A stretch of 64,000 nucleotides of DNA from a virus, in IMG/VR virus record IMGVR_UViG_3300012351_000008, positions 15,962-79,961 of that record; one strand, written 5' to 3'. The translations under genes were made by a program, and so were the position numbers. The notes below the pieces were generated by a model. It was not told the origin of the DNA, made no database searches, and was given only the letters and a program-made list of their open reading frames with translations. Below are positions 45,721 through 55,397 of this stretch, piece after piece; position 1 is the first letter of the stretch; every line of letters starts with the position of its first letter.

Positions 45721-47379
45721 TTATTGTGTGCGGCCCCGCGTCGGCTGTGCGGCCAGTGCAGCAGCGGCCACTTGTTTTTCAATCGTGTCGAGTGCGCCCA
45801 TGCGTTGCAACCGGTTCAGCACGTCAAGCGTTGTTTCCTGCTGTGGTTGCGATAGTTGTGATGGGCGTGGGTCGGTAGCAAGCGTTTTATCCACTGGACG
45901 AGCGCCGTTGAGAATCGGGCCTCCGCTTGCAGGCTGCCTGGCTATCACTTCCACCTGACCTTTTACTTCCGCCAACGCGGAACGTACTTCGTCGAGGCTG
46001 GATTGAGTTGGGACAGTCTCAAGCCGGGTCACAATCGTCTCAAGGCTCGTTTGAATGGGGGAGAAATCTATCTCAGGAGTATGTGAACGGGCAAAGGTGC
46101 CAGCTATGGCATGCATCCTGGTGATTGGCGTGTGTAATTCTTGAGTGATGCGCGTAAGCAGGACTTCAGCAATACGATCAGCCATCTTGCCTGCATCCTG
46201 ATCAGGGTCTAGTGTCTTATCAGCACCGGGCAGGTCCACGTCATTATCGTTGTCGGGGTCCATAGCGTTGCGCATTGCAATACAATCAGGGCATCCACAC
46301 GTTTTCATAAGTTGCATCGCGCTTTGTAGGGCACTATCGCGAGCACCATGTAAGGCTGATTGTGTGTCAGAAGAGAGACGTGCACCCGCACGCTCTACCT
46401 CTGGCTCTTTTGGTGTTGCGATGACAGCAGGCTCAACTGGTGGTGGTGTCTCGGGCTCAGTCACGTCGATAAGATCAGTCAGACCATCGGCGCGACAAAT
46501 GGAAAGGCCGTGTCCATCAGGATTGCTTGCATTATCCACAACTGAGAGTTCAGCCAGCTCATAGGAGGTCAGGTAAGGATAGGTTTGCCCGTTCCTCTCG
46601 ATACTCTCCCACGTGTAGGGCTTGCCAGCGCCAACACTCAGTCCTGATAGTACGCCCTCCTGAATCTTTGTCCAGGTGTCAGGAGCACCTTTAGAGACAC
46701 GCAACCTGACAATGACTTGTTTTTGCTCATCATCAAACTGGACACCAACGCCTTTACCTACAGCCTTCCTGTCGTGCATCTCGCGTACATTGGCAGTGCG
46801 CTCAATCCACTTCTGAAAAGCTTTCTTTGAGGCTTCGTAGGAAAATATCGTGTTAAAACTGTCTACGGCCTCGGAGGTTGCAATGCCCTCCACTTCCCAC
46901 TTCTGATCGTCAATGCGCGTGATCGGGACATAGAGCATGGGGCACTCTGGCATAACGGCGCGTGTGGTATCATCTTTGCTGGTATCAGGAGTATCAGTCA
47001 TTGATTCATGATTGTCGGTGGATTCTACTGTCCGGCTACCATCATCTTTTTTGCCTGTTTCCCAACTATCCGGCAACTTCCATCCGTTCGCTTTTGCTTT
47101 ACCTCGGATACATGCTCGAACAGCATCAGGATTATCTGCGTGTCCTGCTAAACTTGCAGCGTTATCAACGTCTTTCTGATTTCTCACCGGAAATGAGCGA
47201 TGTGGACCACAAAACGCTGATGCTGGAATAGCATCTCTTTCCTTCTGTGGAATGTATCGCTCAATACCTTCTTCATTCTCAGGCCATACGGCTACACGCT
47301 CAACCTCTGGCGTTGCGGTAACGGGCTCAATAGGTGGTGCTACTGTCTGCTGTTCTGTATCGGTGTCAATTTGTGCCAT
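45721..47379 (-). CDS. prohead protease/scaffold (HK97 family)
   Basis: VEGIATSEAVD...VREMH...GVLSGLSVG...ELSVVDNASNP; GAGGT RBS at ATG 47379. Confidence 0.85.
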   Translation of the reverse strand: MAQIDTDTEQQTVAPPIEPVTATPEVERVAVWPENEEGIERYIPQKERDAIPASAFCGPHRSFPVRNQKDVDNAASLAGHADNPDAVRACIRGKAKANGWKLPDSWETGKKDDGSRTVESTDNHESMTDTPDTSKDDTTRAVMPECPMLYVPITRIDDQKWEVEGIATSEAVDSFNTIFSYEASKKAFQKWIERTANVREMHDRKAVGKGVGVQFDDEQKQVIVRLRVSKGAPDTWTKIQEGVLSGLSVGAGKPYTWESIERNGQTYPYLTSYELAELSVVDNASNPDGHGLSICRADGLTDLIDVTEPETPPPVEPAVIATPKEPEVERAGARLSSDTQSALHGARDSALQSAMQLMKTCGCPDCIAMRNAMDPDNDNDVDLPGADKTLDPDQDAGKMADRIAEVLLTRITQELHTPITRMHAIAGTFARSHTPEIDFSPIQTSLETIVTRLETVPTQSSLDEVRSALAEVKGQVEVIARQPASGGPILNGARPVDKTLATDPRPSQLSQPQQETTLDVLNRLQRMGALDTIEKQVAAAALAAQPTRGRTQ

Positions 47380-47430
47380 ACATACCTCAGTTAGCGGTGT
47401 GGCACAACTGCCGCCGCCGCGAAAATGTGC

Positions 47431-47526
47431 AATAAAAAACACCATCGATTGTGGCTCGATGGCGCGTGATTTGTGTTTGTTTAGTTCTTAGCCCTGATGA
47501 GGGTTATCATTGCTTGCAGTATAGCA
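47431..47526 (-). promoter_or_regulatory. late leader: extended -10 plus tandem motif overlapping a terminator
   Basis: TGCTATACT (47518-47526); ACGCGCCATCGAGCCACA (47450-47467); CCATCGA/TCGATGG stem plus T-tract. Confidence 0.75.
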
Positions 47527-47596
47527 TGGGCTAGCAAGATATGCTAGCGATGTATGAACAAGAGACTTGTAGCAACTTCCAATCAATCATAGTGGC

Positions 47597-47830
47597 TCAT
47601 GGCCTTCCTCTCATCACTCCCTTCATACGCTGAAACACCATCATGAACTGTTTATACACCACGTGGTCCTTGTGATCTTCCCGAATGAGCCAGTACACCA
47701 ACAACGCCATGCCCATCGGTGAAGTGGTCAGGCCATGACAGAGCGTGCCGATGGTCGTCTCAATTAATACTGGTGTGCAATCCATCGAATGTGCAATATC
47801 CTGGTAGATGATCTGTGTCTCTTCTCTCAT
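47597..47830 (-). CDS. hypothetical protein
   Basis: ATGA overlap with the portal stop. Confidence 0.5.
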   Translation of the reverse strand: MREETQIIYQDIAHSMDCTPVLIETTIGTLCHGLTTSPMGMALLVYWLIREDHKDHVVYKQFMMVFQRMKGVMRGRP

Positions 47831-49800
47831 GAAGCAACTTCGTCAAGATTTCGCGCACGATTGAACACTTCACGTACCTGATCAGGCGTTGTACACTCGA
47901 CCAGTTCGTCACTAATCCGTCGATGAGTGTCTGGAGGTATCAATGTTGTGGTAAAGCCGCGTAGTGTACGACCCGCCTTCACATCATCTATTGCCCTGGT
48001 CCGCCATTTACGGTAATCGGGCGAGGCGTCATGTGTCGCAGAGCGGGAATCAATCGAGCTTCCTCCATTTGCATGATCATCTGTATCCTCATCTCTTTTA
48101 ACAGTTGCTCTTTCTTCTTGGGATCGCTCAATACTCGCTCCATCGTCTTGACTTGACGCTTCCGCTTGCTCTTGTTGTGAGAGTAGTTGAAGGAATTCGC
48201 TAACTGTGTAACGCTTTTCTGTCGTTTGCTTCGTTTTGCTTGCGTTTTGTGGCTTCTTCCCTGTTCCTGTCTGCTGCGCTTTACCTTGTTGTGTGCCAGT
48301 GCCATTGGTGCCCTGTTCCTCCTCATCTGTGCTGTCATCTGGTGATGGCTGTGTTGCTAACTGCAATCCTGCGAGTTGTGCCTGCTTATGCGCGGCTCGT
48401 ATTGTCGGGTCTGCGAGGTCCTCAAGGAATACTGGGCCTGTCTTCGTGAGAATGTATGGGCCCGTCTGTGGGATATCAGGAAAATGCATCTCGTGTGCAA
48501 CATCACTTGGTGAAATGACGCCCCTATCAATGAATCCACCATATGCAGCAGATAACGTTTGTAAATCTTCTACCTCTTCGTAGCCTGCAAAGCCAAATAT
48601 GAAGCGATCATCATGGAACTCATCACGTAAGATGTTCGTGCATATCATACCGTACATGACGGTAAGAGGGAAAAGTGTACGACGAAACAGCATATTCTGC
48701 TGGCCTTCGTCGGCTGATTTGTGGATGGTCTCGGTGAATGAGATGTCACCCATACCCAAGCCGTAGTCGGCAGCGAAGTAGTTAAGCAAGAACTTATCGA
48801 AGTCACACGTGAGTTGATATTGCTCTAACGGAGTATACTTCATCCCCGGCTGTGTGAACTTCATACGCATCTGCTGTTGTTGCGACCCGGCGATAAGCGC
48901 GTTCCACATTTGTTCGAATGCGTCGATCTGATCTGGTGTCCAGTTGGAAGCCTCGGGCACCTCCATGATTGCGAATGGCTGGTTGCCTTCCGTGAAATAG
49001 CTCAGGTCTTTCTTAGCCTTACGTAACGCCTGATTGACACGAATCATCACCCGCTCAACACGCGAGCGGCCATATGGTGTATTGGCCTGCGGTGACTCTC
49101 GGAAATAGATCATGTCTTTGGGAGAGTAGATTTCACCCGGTATCCCCCACGGGAACTGTTGATAGGCTACAATCGCGCCCCAATCATCGAGGAGTGGCTT
49201 GAGTGTATCTCCCTGGATGATAGGGAGCTTGAGGAGACGCCCGGCGCGATCACGTTGCTTGTAGATGTAGAGGGCATCAATTTGTGTTTGCTCTACCACC
49301 GCGATGCGCAGCCAGCTATGGAAGTCATTGATGCCGTCTGGACGCTCAAAGAACTTACTATAGGCTGTGACCTCTTTTTGATAGTCCTTGAGGTTTGCGC
49401 CACCTTCCTCCAGATCTGGACGTAATTGTATCTTGATAGTGAGTTTGGGGATGAGGTCAAGCCATACTTTTTCGCAGAGGGCAATGCCATCACAGAGCAT
49501 CGCCAGATTGCGAATTTGCTGGAAGGCCGGGACATCCTGGTTACCAAGCGTGCGGTCGACAGTGAACGTATTGTACCCTAATGGATACTGAAATAGCCTG
49601 GGCAATCCTTTTGGGTCTGCACCCGCCTGGGTATCCATAGGTGTACCCGGCGAGAACATGTTTGCGTCATTCGATACTTTGCCGGGGCGTCCCATCTGCG
49701 CAATGATAGCTTGTATTTGCGCAGGGGAGATCACATTGCCACCCGTTGGAATATTGGCACGTTCTATCATTGCTTGTTTGCGTCGGTTGCGTCGGCTCAT
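47827..49800 (-). CDS. portal protein
   Basis: Between terminase and protease; IYKQRDRAGRL...YGRSRVE...YFTEGNQP. Confidence 0.85.
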   Translation of the reverse strand: MSRRNRRKQAMIERANIPTGGNVISPAQIQAIIAQMGRPGKVSNDANMFSPGTPMDTQAGADPKGLPRLFQYPLGYNTFTVDRTLGNQDVPAFQQIRNLAMLCDGIALCEKVWLDLIPKLTIKIQLRPDLEEGGANLKDYQKEVTAYSKFFERPDGINDFHSWLRIAVVEQTQIDALYIYKQRDRAGRLLKLPIIQGDTLKPLLDDWGAIVAYQQFPWGIPGEIYSPKDMIYFRESPQANTPYGRSRVERVMIRVNQALRKAKKDLSYFTEGNQPFAIMEVPEASNWTPDQIDAFEQMWNALIAGSQQQQMRMKFTQPGMKYTPLEQYQLTCDFDKFLLNYFAADYGLGMGDISFTETIHKSADEGQQNMLFRRTLFPLTVMYGMICTNILRDEFHDDRFIFGFAGYEEVEDLQTLSAAYGGFIDRGVISPSDVAHEMHFPDIPQTGPYILTKTGPVFLEDLADPTIRAAHKQAQLAGLQLATQPSPDDSTDEEEQGTNGTGTQQGKAQQTGTGKKPQNASKTKQTTEKRYTVSEFLQLLSQQEQAEASSQDDGASIERSQEERATVKRDEDTDDHANGGSSIDSRSATHDASPDYRKWRTRAIDDVKAGRTLRGFTTTLIPPDTHRRISDELVECTTPDQVREVFNRARNLDEVAS

Positions 49801-50039
49801 ACCATTGTCCCCCTCATGACCTTCTCCCATATTTGCGCATCATGCAAATCATGCAACTCCCACATTGAGCAGATCGGAGTATACGCACGTTGATCAGATG
49901 GCACATTCGGCGTACAGCGGCAAAGCATCCCATCACGATAGGCGAAGTCCAAACCATACCACGGCGTGAAGATCGTTGCTGTGTTCGTGTAGTTGCGCAC
50001 ACAACCTGCCAGAATACGAACCTGATCATCGTCGCTCAT
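49797..50039 (-). CDS. hypothetical protein
   Basis: ATGA overlaps at both ends. Confidence 0.5.
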   Translation of the reverse strand: MSDDDQVRILAGCVRNYTNTATIFTPWYGLDFAYRDGMLCRCTPNVPSDQRAYTPICSMWELHDLHDAQIWEKVMRGTMV

Positions 50040-51418
50040 GCTGCTGCCCCCTTGATCTTTGCTAGTCGCTGCTTCATGGCGTCCAGGTGTTCCCCCGCAG
50101 TCATTTCATCCGGCAACATTAATTCAGTGAGCGCCCACACCAATGCATCAAGCCTATCTGGTGACTTCTGCCCTGTCAGCGGTTCCCACTGGCATTGTTG
50201 ATCCTCTAAGAGAGAAAACATACCAACATGATGTACATTGCCCTGTTCATAGAGGGAGGCAATAGGTTCAGCACGCGTATACTTTCCCCGGCTAGCCCAT
50301 ACTGCTTTGTAGGATATTTTGCTCTCATTGCCACCTCTGCTATCAGCAGCTCTTATATTTGCCTCCACCAATGCACCCCCATTATTCTTTTCACCTATGA
50401 TTCGATCTGCCTTGTATTTCTTATAAGCCGTGATCGCCTCAGTAGCCCAGGTAAGTGGCGATGCTTGCAGCGACTTATCATCTAACACATAGCCATGCCC
50501 ATTACTGGCAAGTCCTGCAACCACAATACCTGTCTCTGCGTTCTCGTCTGCTGCTTCTTCACTTTTATTTGATGATGGGTCCGCTACAGCAGGATCAACC
50601 GCCACCACAATACGTATGAGATGGGGATATTCAGTCACGCGATGTGCCTCAATCATTTCCTCACGTTTCCACAGTGCCCCTTGTGAGTCATCCAGTATTT
50701 CAGCAAATAATTCTTGTCTGCCTGTTCTCGTATTCGCGTAACGACGTTTGAACTGTTCAAGGGCTGCAGGTGCAAGGTTGGCTTCATTGTCAAATGTAGT
50801 GCCCCGTGTCACGTGAACATCAGGACGTTTGATAAGCTCTCTTAGGAATTTACTAGGCTTGGGAGTAGTCGAAATGATTGCGCGTGGCTTCTGTCCTAAT
50901 CGCAATCCGAACATTGCGTTGTCCCAAGTTTGCGATAAGTACTTCCACGCACATAATTCCTCGCACCAAAGTCGATGATGCTGGGGACCTCTTAAACGCT
51001 CGGGTTCTTCAGCGCTAAAAAGTTTATAACGCGTTCCATTTGTGAGCACCAATTCACCGAGCGAACGATTCCACGTTGCAACCTTATCAGGAGGCAAGAT
51101 ACGTAGCAATCCTGACTCACCCTCGATACACGTATCCCGCGCATCCTGATACGTCGGAGCAATGATGCCCATACGGCTATCTTTGTGTTTTAAGCCATAT
51201 GCCTTGAAATCTTCTGCGTCAGTTCTCGTTTTTCCTGCGCCACGTCCGGCCAGATAAATCCATACATTCCAGTCACCAGAGGGTGTCATTTGTTCAGGGC
51301 GTGCCCAATACTGCCAATCATAGGCAAGTGCATATATTTCTGCGTCACTAAGACTTGCAACGAATGCTTCTTGCTTCTGTTTGGGTAGGGAAGCGATCTG
51401 CTGAACAAATGTCGTCAT
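50036..51418 (-). CDS. terL: terminase large subunit
   Basis: WARPEQ...AGRGAGKTR...LRGPQHH...CEEL; nuclease VAVDPA...SPDRLDALVWA. Confidence 0.95.
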   Translation of the reverse strand: MTTFVQQIASLPKQKQEAFVASLSDAEIYALAYDWQYWARPEQMTPSGDWNVWIYLAGRGAGKTRTDAEDFKAYGLKHKDSRMGIIAPTYQDARDTCIEGESGLLRILPPDKVATWNRSLGELVLTNGTRYKLFSAEEPERLRGPQHHRLWCEELCAWKYLSQTWDNAMFGLRLGQKPRAIISTTPKPSKFLRELIKRPDVHVTRGTTFDNEANLAPAALEQFKRRYANTRTGRQELFAEILDDSQGALWKREEMIEAHRVTEYPHLIRIVVAVDPAVADPSSNKSEEAADENAETGIVVAGLASNGHGYVLDDKSLQASPLTWATEAITAYKKYKADRIIGEKNNGGALVEANIRAADSRGGNESKISYKAVWASRGKYTRAEPIASLYEQGNVHHVGMFSLLEDQQCQWEPLTGQKSPDRLDALVWALTELMLPDEMTAGEHLDAMKQRLAKIKGAAA

Positions 51419-51424
51419 GGAGTA

Positions 51425-51880
51425 TTAGTCCTCTTCTCCCTGTCTAAGCATTTGTAATTTTTGAAGTAGCAATTCTTTTGCGCCATTAATATCTATTGAA
51501 CCAGAATGCTCTATTTGTTGCTTATCCCGATATTCACTCATAAGCGATTTTGCATGGAAGATCAACAATGTATCCGAATATTTCCGTACTGTTCCCGCAA
51601 ACTTTGCCAACTGATAGACATCCTCATCCCAACCTTCAACGCCACGCCTATAAATTTCTGCTCTGATTGTGTCTTTCGCTTCCTCTTTTGCGAGATTAAA
51701 GGCAAAAGAGAAATCTTCATCTTTTTCTAGCCATTGATAGACCGCCTGACGACTCACACCAGCAGCACGCGCCGATAACATCACATTGGCATTCAAAGCA
51801 AACGATTCAAGGAAAATGGCTTTCTTATTACGTGGACGTTTTTCTGCCGTCAAGTTCTCGTCAATTCTCGGTCTACTCAT
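51425..51880 (-). CDS. terS: terminase small subunit
   Basis: HTH NVMLSARAAGVSRQAVYQW; RKYSDTLLIF; directly upstream of terL. Confidence 0.85.
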   Translation of the reverse strand: MSRPRIDENLTAEKRPRNKKAIFLESFALNANVMLSARAAGVSRQAVYQWLEKDEDFSFAFNLAKEEAKDTIRAEIYRRGVEGWDEDVYQLAKFAGTVRKYSDTLLIFHAKSLMSEYRDKQQIEHSGSIDINGAKELLLQKLQMLRQGEED

Positions 51881-51883
51881 TCC

Positions 51884-52099
51884 CTATTCACCATCCTCAC
51901 GTACTGACATCAGCGCCAACGCACCCGGTATCATCGTGTTGTGTATCAAGCAATATTGAATGCTGCCCAGTATCACATCGAAGCAAATACATGTTCTAGT
52001 AATGCGTGGAGGCAACAGACGACGCCAGATGCCACGTCTCAGATTACCCTGGTAGATTGGCGCATCGCACGCGAAACACTTACCGATTAACTCTGGCAT
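51884..52099 (-). CDS. hypothetical Cys-containing protein
   Basis: GAGGAG RBS. Confidence 0.5.
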   Translation of the reverse strand: MPELIGKCFACDAPIYQGNLRRGIWRRLLPPRITRTCICFDVILGSIQYCLIHNTMIPGALALMSVREDGE

Positions 52100-52111
52100 G
52101 GATACTCCTCT

Positions 52112-52345
52112 CTAATAGATACCATTTACTTTCACTGGTATCTCATCAATCATTTGTACATGGAATGAGCGGATATTCTCGTTATCGCGCATAGCACATT
52201 TCATTGCGTAAAGGTCGCCATAATACTCACCCTCTTTAGGAGAGAAGCCACGTACATAGACAGACCTATCAACGTGAATAAGCCCTTCAGCGAAATACTG
52301 TCTCTCATCATCGTTATCAATATAGAGGAGGAGGAACCGATACAT
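52112..52345 (-). CDS. hypothetical protein
   Basis: AAAGGT RBS; first gene after the 52.4 kb leader. Confidence 0.55.
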   Translation of the reverse strand: MYRFLLLYIDNDDERQYFAEGLIHVDRSVYVRGFSPKEGEYYGDLYAMKCAMRDNENIRSFHVQMIDEIPVKVNGIY

Positions 52346-52370
52346 AACTACCTTTCACTAGATTGCACGC

Positions 52371-52435
52371 AAAAAGCCGTTGGCAGGTGTGGCGCAACGG
52401 CTCGTGGGATATTCTTGTTTGATGGAAGTATAGCA
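52371..52435 (-). promoter_or_regulatory. late leader: extended -10 plus tandem motif overlapping a terminator
   Basis: TGCTATACT (52427-52435); ACGAGCCGTTGCGCCACA (52388-52405); AGCCGTTG/CAACGGCT stem plus T-tract. Confidence 0.75.
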
Positions 52436-52452
52436 CGCGTTTACAAGCGGTG

Positions 52453-52740
52453 CTAGCCTACTATCTTCTTCTGTTGCTCTTGCCAGTCTTCAACGTCACT
52501 CTCAACATCAAGTACAGCCTTCTTGAGTTGTGTAAGATATGCCTGTGTAGCCTTTGTGTCATCCTTGCACAGTTCACGCCAACCTTGTAGTAGATTGCCT
52601 AAACTGCACACACTTTTACGCACACGATGCCTGCGACACAAGAGGAGAATTATAGCTTGATGGTAATCATCAAAGCCCACCTCTGCTATCCCATGAGGGT
52701 ATGTAGCGTCTTGCATACAATGGATCAATGTTGTCTTCAT
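52453..52740 (-). CDS. hypothetical protein
   Basis: ATGA overlap. Confidence 0.5.
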   Translation of the reverse strand: MKTTLIHCMQDATYPHGIAEVGFDDYHQAIILLLCRRHRVRKSVCSLGNLLQGWRELCKDDTKATQAYLTQLKKAVLDVESDVEDWQEQQKKIVG

Positions 52741-53096
52741 GAATGCTGATGCTCACTTTCGCGCATCTCTTCTCGTGACGCAAACTCTTTGATCATCAAT
52801 CGTGCATCTCCAATCGTTTTGCATGCCCCCAGGCTCACGTAGATGTTGTGCAGGAGATGCTGCACAGTATCCTTCTCCTGCATGCGATAACAGCGACACG
52901 GCGCTATCACAGAGCGAATCATCCGATGCTCGTCGTACTGTACTGCTGTATCCGTCTGTCGGTAGGAGTGAGCCGTCTTAAGGCCACCACACACGAGATG
53001 ATAGATATAGATGACTTCACCGTCATCAACCAGCAGGCTATCAGCATCTGCGAGAATGTGCGTTGATCCGTGGCGAGCGAATTCTTTTATTGTCAT
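52737..53096 (-). CDS. hypothetical protein
   Basis: ATGA overlap at 53093-53096. Confidence 0.5.
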   Translation of the reverse strand: MTIKEFARHGSTHILADADSLLVDDGEVIYIYHLVCGGLKTAHSYRQTDTAVQYDEHRMIRSVIAPCRCYRMQEKDTVQHLLHNIYVSLGACKTIGDARLMIKEFASREEMRESEHQHS

Positions 53097-53635
53097 TCCT
53101 TGCCTACCTCCTGCTTGCGTACTTTGCGGCGAATGGTAACTGAAGGTGTGAGGAGTGTGGTAAGCATCTCTGTCTGTTTGCAAAGTTCTTGGTAGTGATT
53201 TTCAAGCATCTCACTTTGCCGCAGTAGTTCTTCATCTTGCGAGGAGAGATGTCTCATAATTTGCTCGATGTCACGGTAAGAGTTTTCAACATCTTTAAAT
53301 TGTTGATCAGCTTGTATCTCAGCCTTACGACTCAATACTTGTTGCCCGAATGCCAAAACAGGCAATGCCCATAACTGTATAAGATTCGATAGAAATAACA
53401 AGAAAGAAAACGGGTATCTATCACCATTAAACACCCATATACCAGCGGTAGCAAGAACCATCCATATAAGCATCCAGGCTATTAGTGCATAGAACATCCA
53501 TATATTGCCAAACTTATTGGTGATGAATACCGCTAACTTGTCATCGAAGCCAGCAGCAACTTGTTCTGTTCGATGGATATGATTGGCATTACATACAATA
53601 TGCGGGTGTAGCTCATGTTTGTGCAGGCTCCTCAA
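53093..53635 (-). CDS. DUF1003-family membrane protein
   Basis: DKLAVFITNKFGNIWMFY...DRYPFSFLLFLSN...PVL. Confidence 0.78.
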   Translation of the reverse strand: MRSLHKHELHPHIVCNANHIHRTEQVAAGFDDKLAVFITNKFGNIWMFYALIAWMLIWMVLATAGIWVFNGDRYPFSFLLFLSNLIQLWALPVLAFGQQVLSRKAEIQADQQFKDVENSYRDIEQIMRHLSSQDEELLRQSEMLENHYQELCKQTEMLTTLLTPSVTIRRKVRKQEVGKE

Positions 53636-53943
53636 TCAGCCCCCTCCCATCTGCCATCAGTACGGGACTCTCTCAAGATCATCTCAGCCTGTTGCAGCAC
53701 ATCATCATAGCGCAACCATGCCGACGTGTCATACATCTGGTGGAAGTATTGGCACGCTTTGAATGGATGAATCTTCACATGCACCATAGATCCACAATGA
53801 GGACAACACACCCGCTCACTATGCCCGGTACAATACGGTGATGTACTCATGGTCCCATACGTCAACAAGACAATCCCCGGCGGCAGCTCCGGCTTTCCAC
53901 AAAACGTGCAAAGTGGGAAACGTGACTCATCTGGTATCGGCAT
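53632..53943 (-). CDS. Cys-rich hypothetical protein
   Basis: CTFC and CPHC motifs; AAGGTG RBS. Confidence 0.5.
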   Translation of the reverse strand: MPIPDESRFPLCTFCGKPELPPGIVLLTYGTMSTSPYCTGHSERVCCPHCGSMVHVKIHPFKACQYFHQMYDTSAWLRYDDVLQQAEMILRESRTDGRWEGAD

Positions 53944-53956
53944 CTCTGCACCTTCC

Positions 53957-55078
53957 TCACTTGCCCACCAGCGCCGCGTACTCCGCCAACACAGCCTGAT
54001 TGCTGGCCTTCTGCAAGTCAGATGTGAAAACGAGCACAGCCATCGCACCTTGAGCAAGAGCAGTCTGTACATCAGCATCGAGTGTCGCGCCGCTTGTAGC
54101 AGTGTCATTGCGCTGTTCAGACAAGAGCGGCCAGCCATGCGGCAACGAAGCAAGGCTACTCGGCAAAGACTTCCCACCAATGAGCCCATTATCTTGCACC
54201 CAAACATTCCTATTGTTCAGCTTTACAATGTAATCAATCACTTTTTGCTCATTGTAACCCGACGTTCCACCAATGAATGAGGCATCGGGCATCAGAGCGA
54301 GCGGCGTCTTTGTAAAGTTCTGGACGTACATATTGATCATAGACGTAATAGCCCCGTACCACAGAGCGTCAGTATAGCCAATTCCCTGCCAGTTCTTGAG
54401 GAGGTTGGGATCTTTCCCCGTATCGGGTTTCGTCTCTCCACCATCGCCTATGCCCATTTCAATGCAGGTGACGTGTGGGTTGCCATCATACTTAGCGGCT
54501 AGCGCATGAATGAAATCAGCCAGATTAGAGAGGAACTTGGGATTCCAGTACTCCGGCTTGATCGAGCCATCGCTGTCTGTTACATGCTTGACGCCCTGGT
54601 CAAATACCCATTGCGGCGTGCCTTGTCCTGAGTTTTGCGCTGGTTGCCACTTCTTCCACCCGGATGCAGAGACGCGAATAATCACCGACTTACCAGCCGC
54701 TACCCAGGGCTTCATGTCGTTATCGATCACAGACCAGTTGTATTGCCCTGCTTGTGGCTCCAACTGTGCCCAATAGTAGGTAAGGACAGTCCCGGCCACA
54801 TTGGCATTATCTGAGAAGAGTGCGGTGTTGCTCATGTTATTGAAGGCAAAGATGCCCCTGAAACCAGAAGCAGCAGGCGTGGTAACAGGTGGAGTTGTAA
54901 TCGGAGGGATGGTAACAGGTGGTGGAGTGGTTATACCTGCGTCGGCTTTTAGTTGCTCAAGTACAGGCGGGATAACGTTGTTGTAGAAATTGAGAATATC
55001 GGCTGCTGTCGTTGTATAGGATACTCGCCAGAGTGGGTTGCCACCGGCATCTTTCTCTGTTGTCTGTGATAGGTCCAT
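53957..55078 (-). CDS. glycoside hydrolase-like TIM-barrel protein (GH42/GH35-like)
   Basis: WAQLEPQAGQYNWSVID...TPQWV...PEYWNPKF...ALAAKYDGNP; Pro/Thr linker. Confidence 0.7.
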   Translation of the reverse strand: MDLSQTTEKDAGGNPLWRVSYTTTAADILNFYNNVIPPVLEQLKADAGITTPPPVTIPPITTPPVTTPAASGFRGIFAFNNMSNTALFSDNANVAGTVLTYYWAQLEPQAGQYNWSVIDNDMKPWVAAGKSVIIRVSASGWKKWQPAQNSGQGTPQWVFDQGVKHVTDSDGSIKPEYWNPKFLSNLADFIHALAAKYDGNPHVTCIEMGIGDGGETKPDTGKDPNLLKNWQGIGYTDALWYGAITSMINMYVQNFTKTPLALMPDASFIGGTSGYNEQKVIDYIVKLNNRNVWVQDNGLIGGKSLPSSLASLPHGWPLLSEQRNDTATSGATLDADVQTALAQGAMAVLVFTSDLQKASNQAVLAEYAALVGK

Positions 55079-55082
55079 AAGA

Positions 55083-55397
55083 TCATTCTCCCCGTAGCCA
55101 TTGAATATGGAAACTTCCAAATTGTTCTAAATGTTCCTGCATCTCTGCCAATGTATCAAAGCAGTTGGGTTGAAGTTCGTTTGAGTCAAGATGTACACGC
55201 CCAGATTCATACAACGCACCCTGGCAATAGCAGGTCCGCAATCCATTCTTCTGTCGCCGACGATTGTTGAATGAAAGGTAAAACAATCCGCATGATGGTA
55301 CTTCTTCAGCAGGCGCATCAACGATCATCCTATCAATAAAAGTTGCTCTATTAATTGGCAGGAGCGTAATATTGCCTTCCGTATTTCTTTGGCCCAT
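55083..55397 (-). CDS. hypothetical protein
   Basis: GAGGGG RBS. Confidence 0.55.
   Translation of the reverse strand: MGQRNTEGNITLLPINRATFIDRMIVDAPAEEVPSCGLFYLSFNNRRRQKNGLRTCYCQGALYESGRVHLDSNELQPNCFDTLAEMQEHLEQFGSFHIQWLRGE

Noticed and set aside
50036-51418. Intein or intron in terminase, portal or protease
   Set aside because: Continuous ORFs with no Hint or group I motifs
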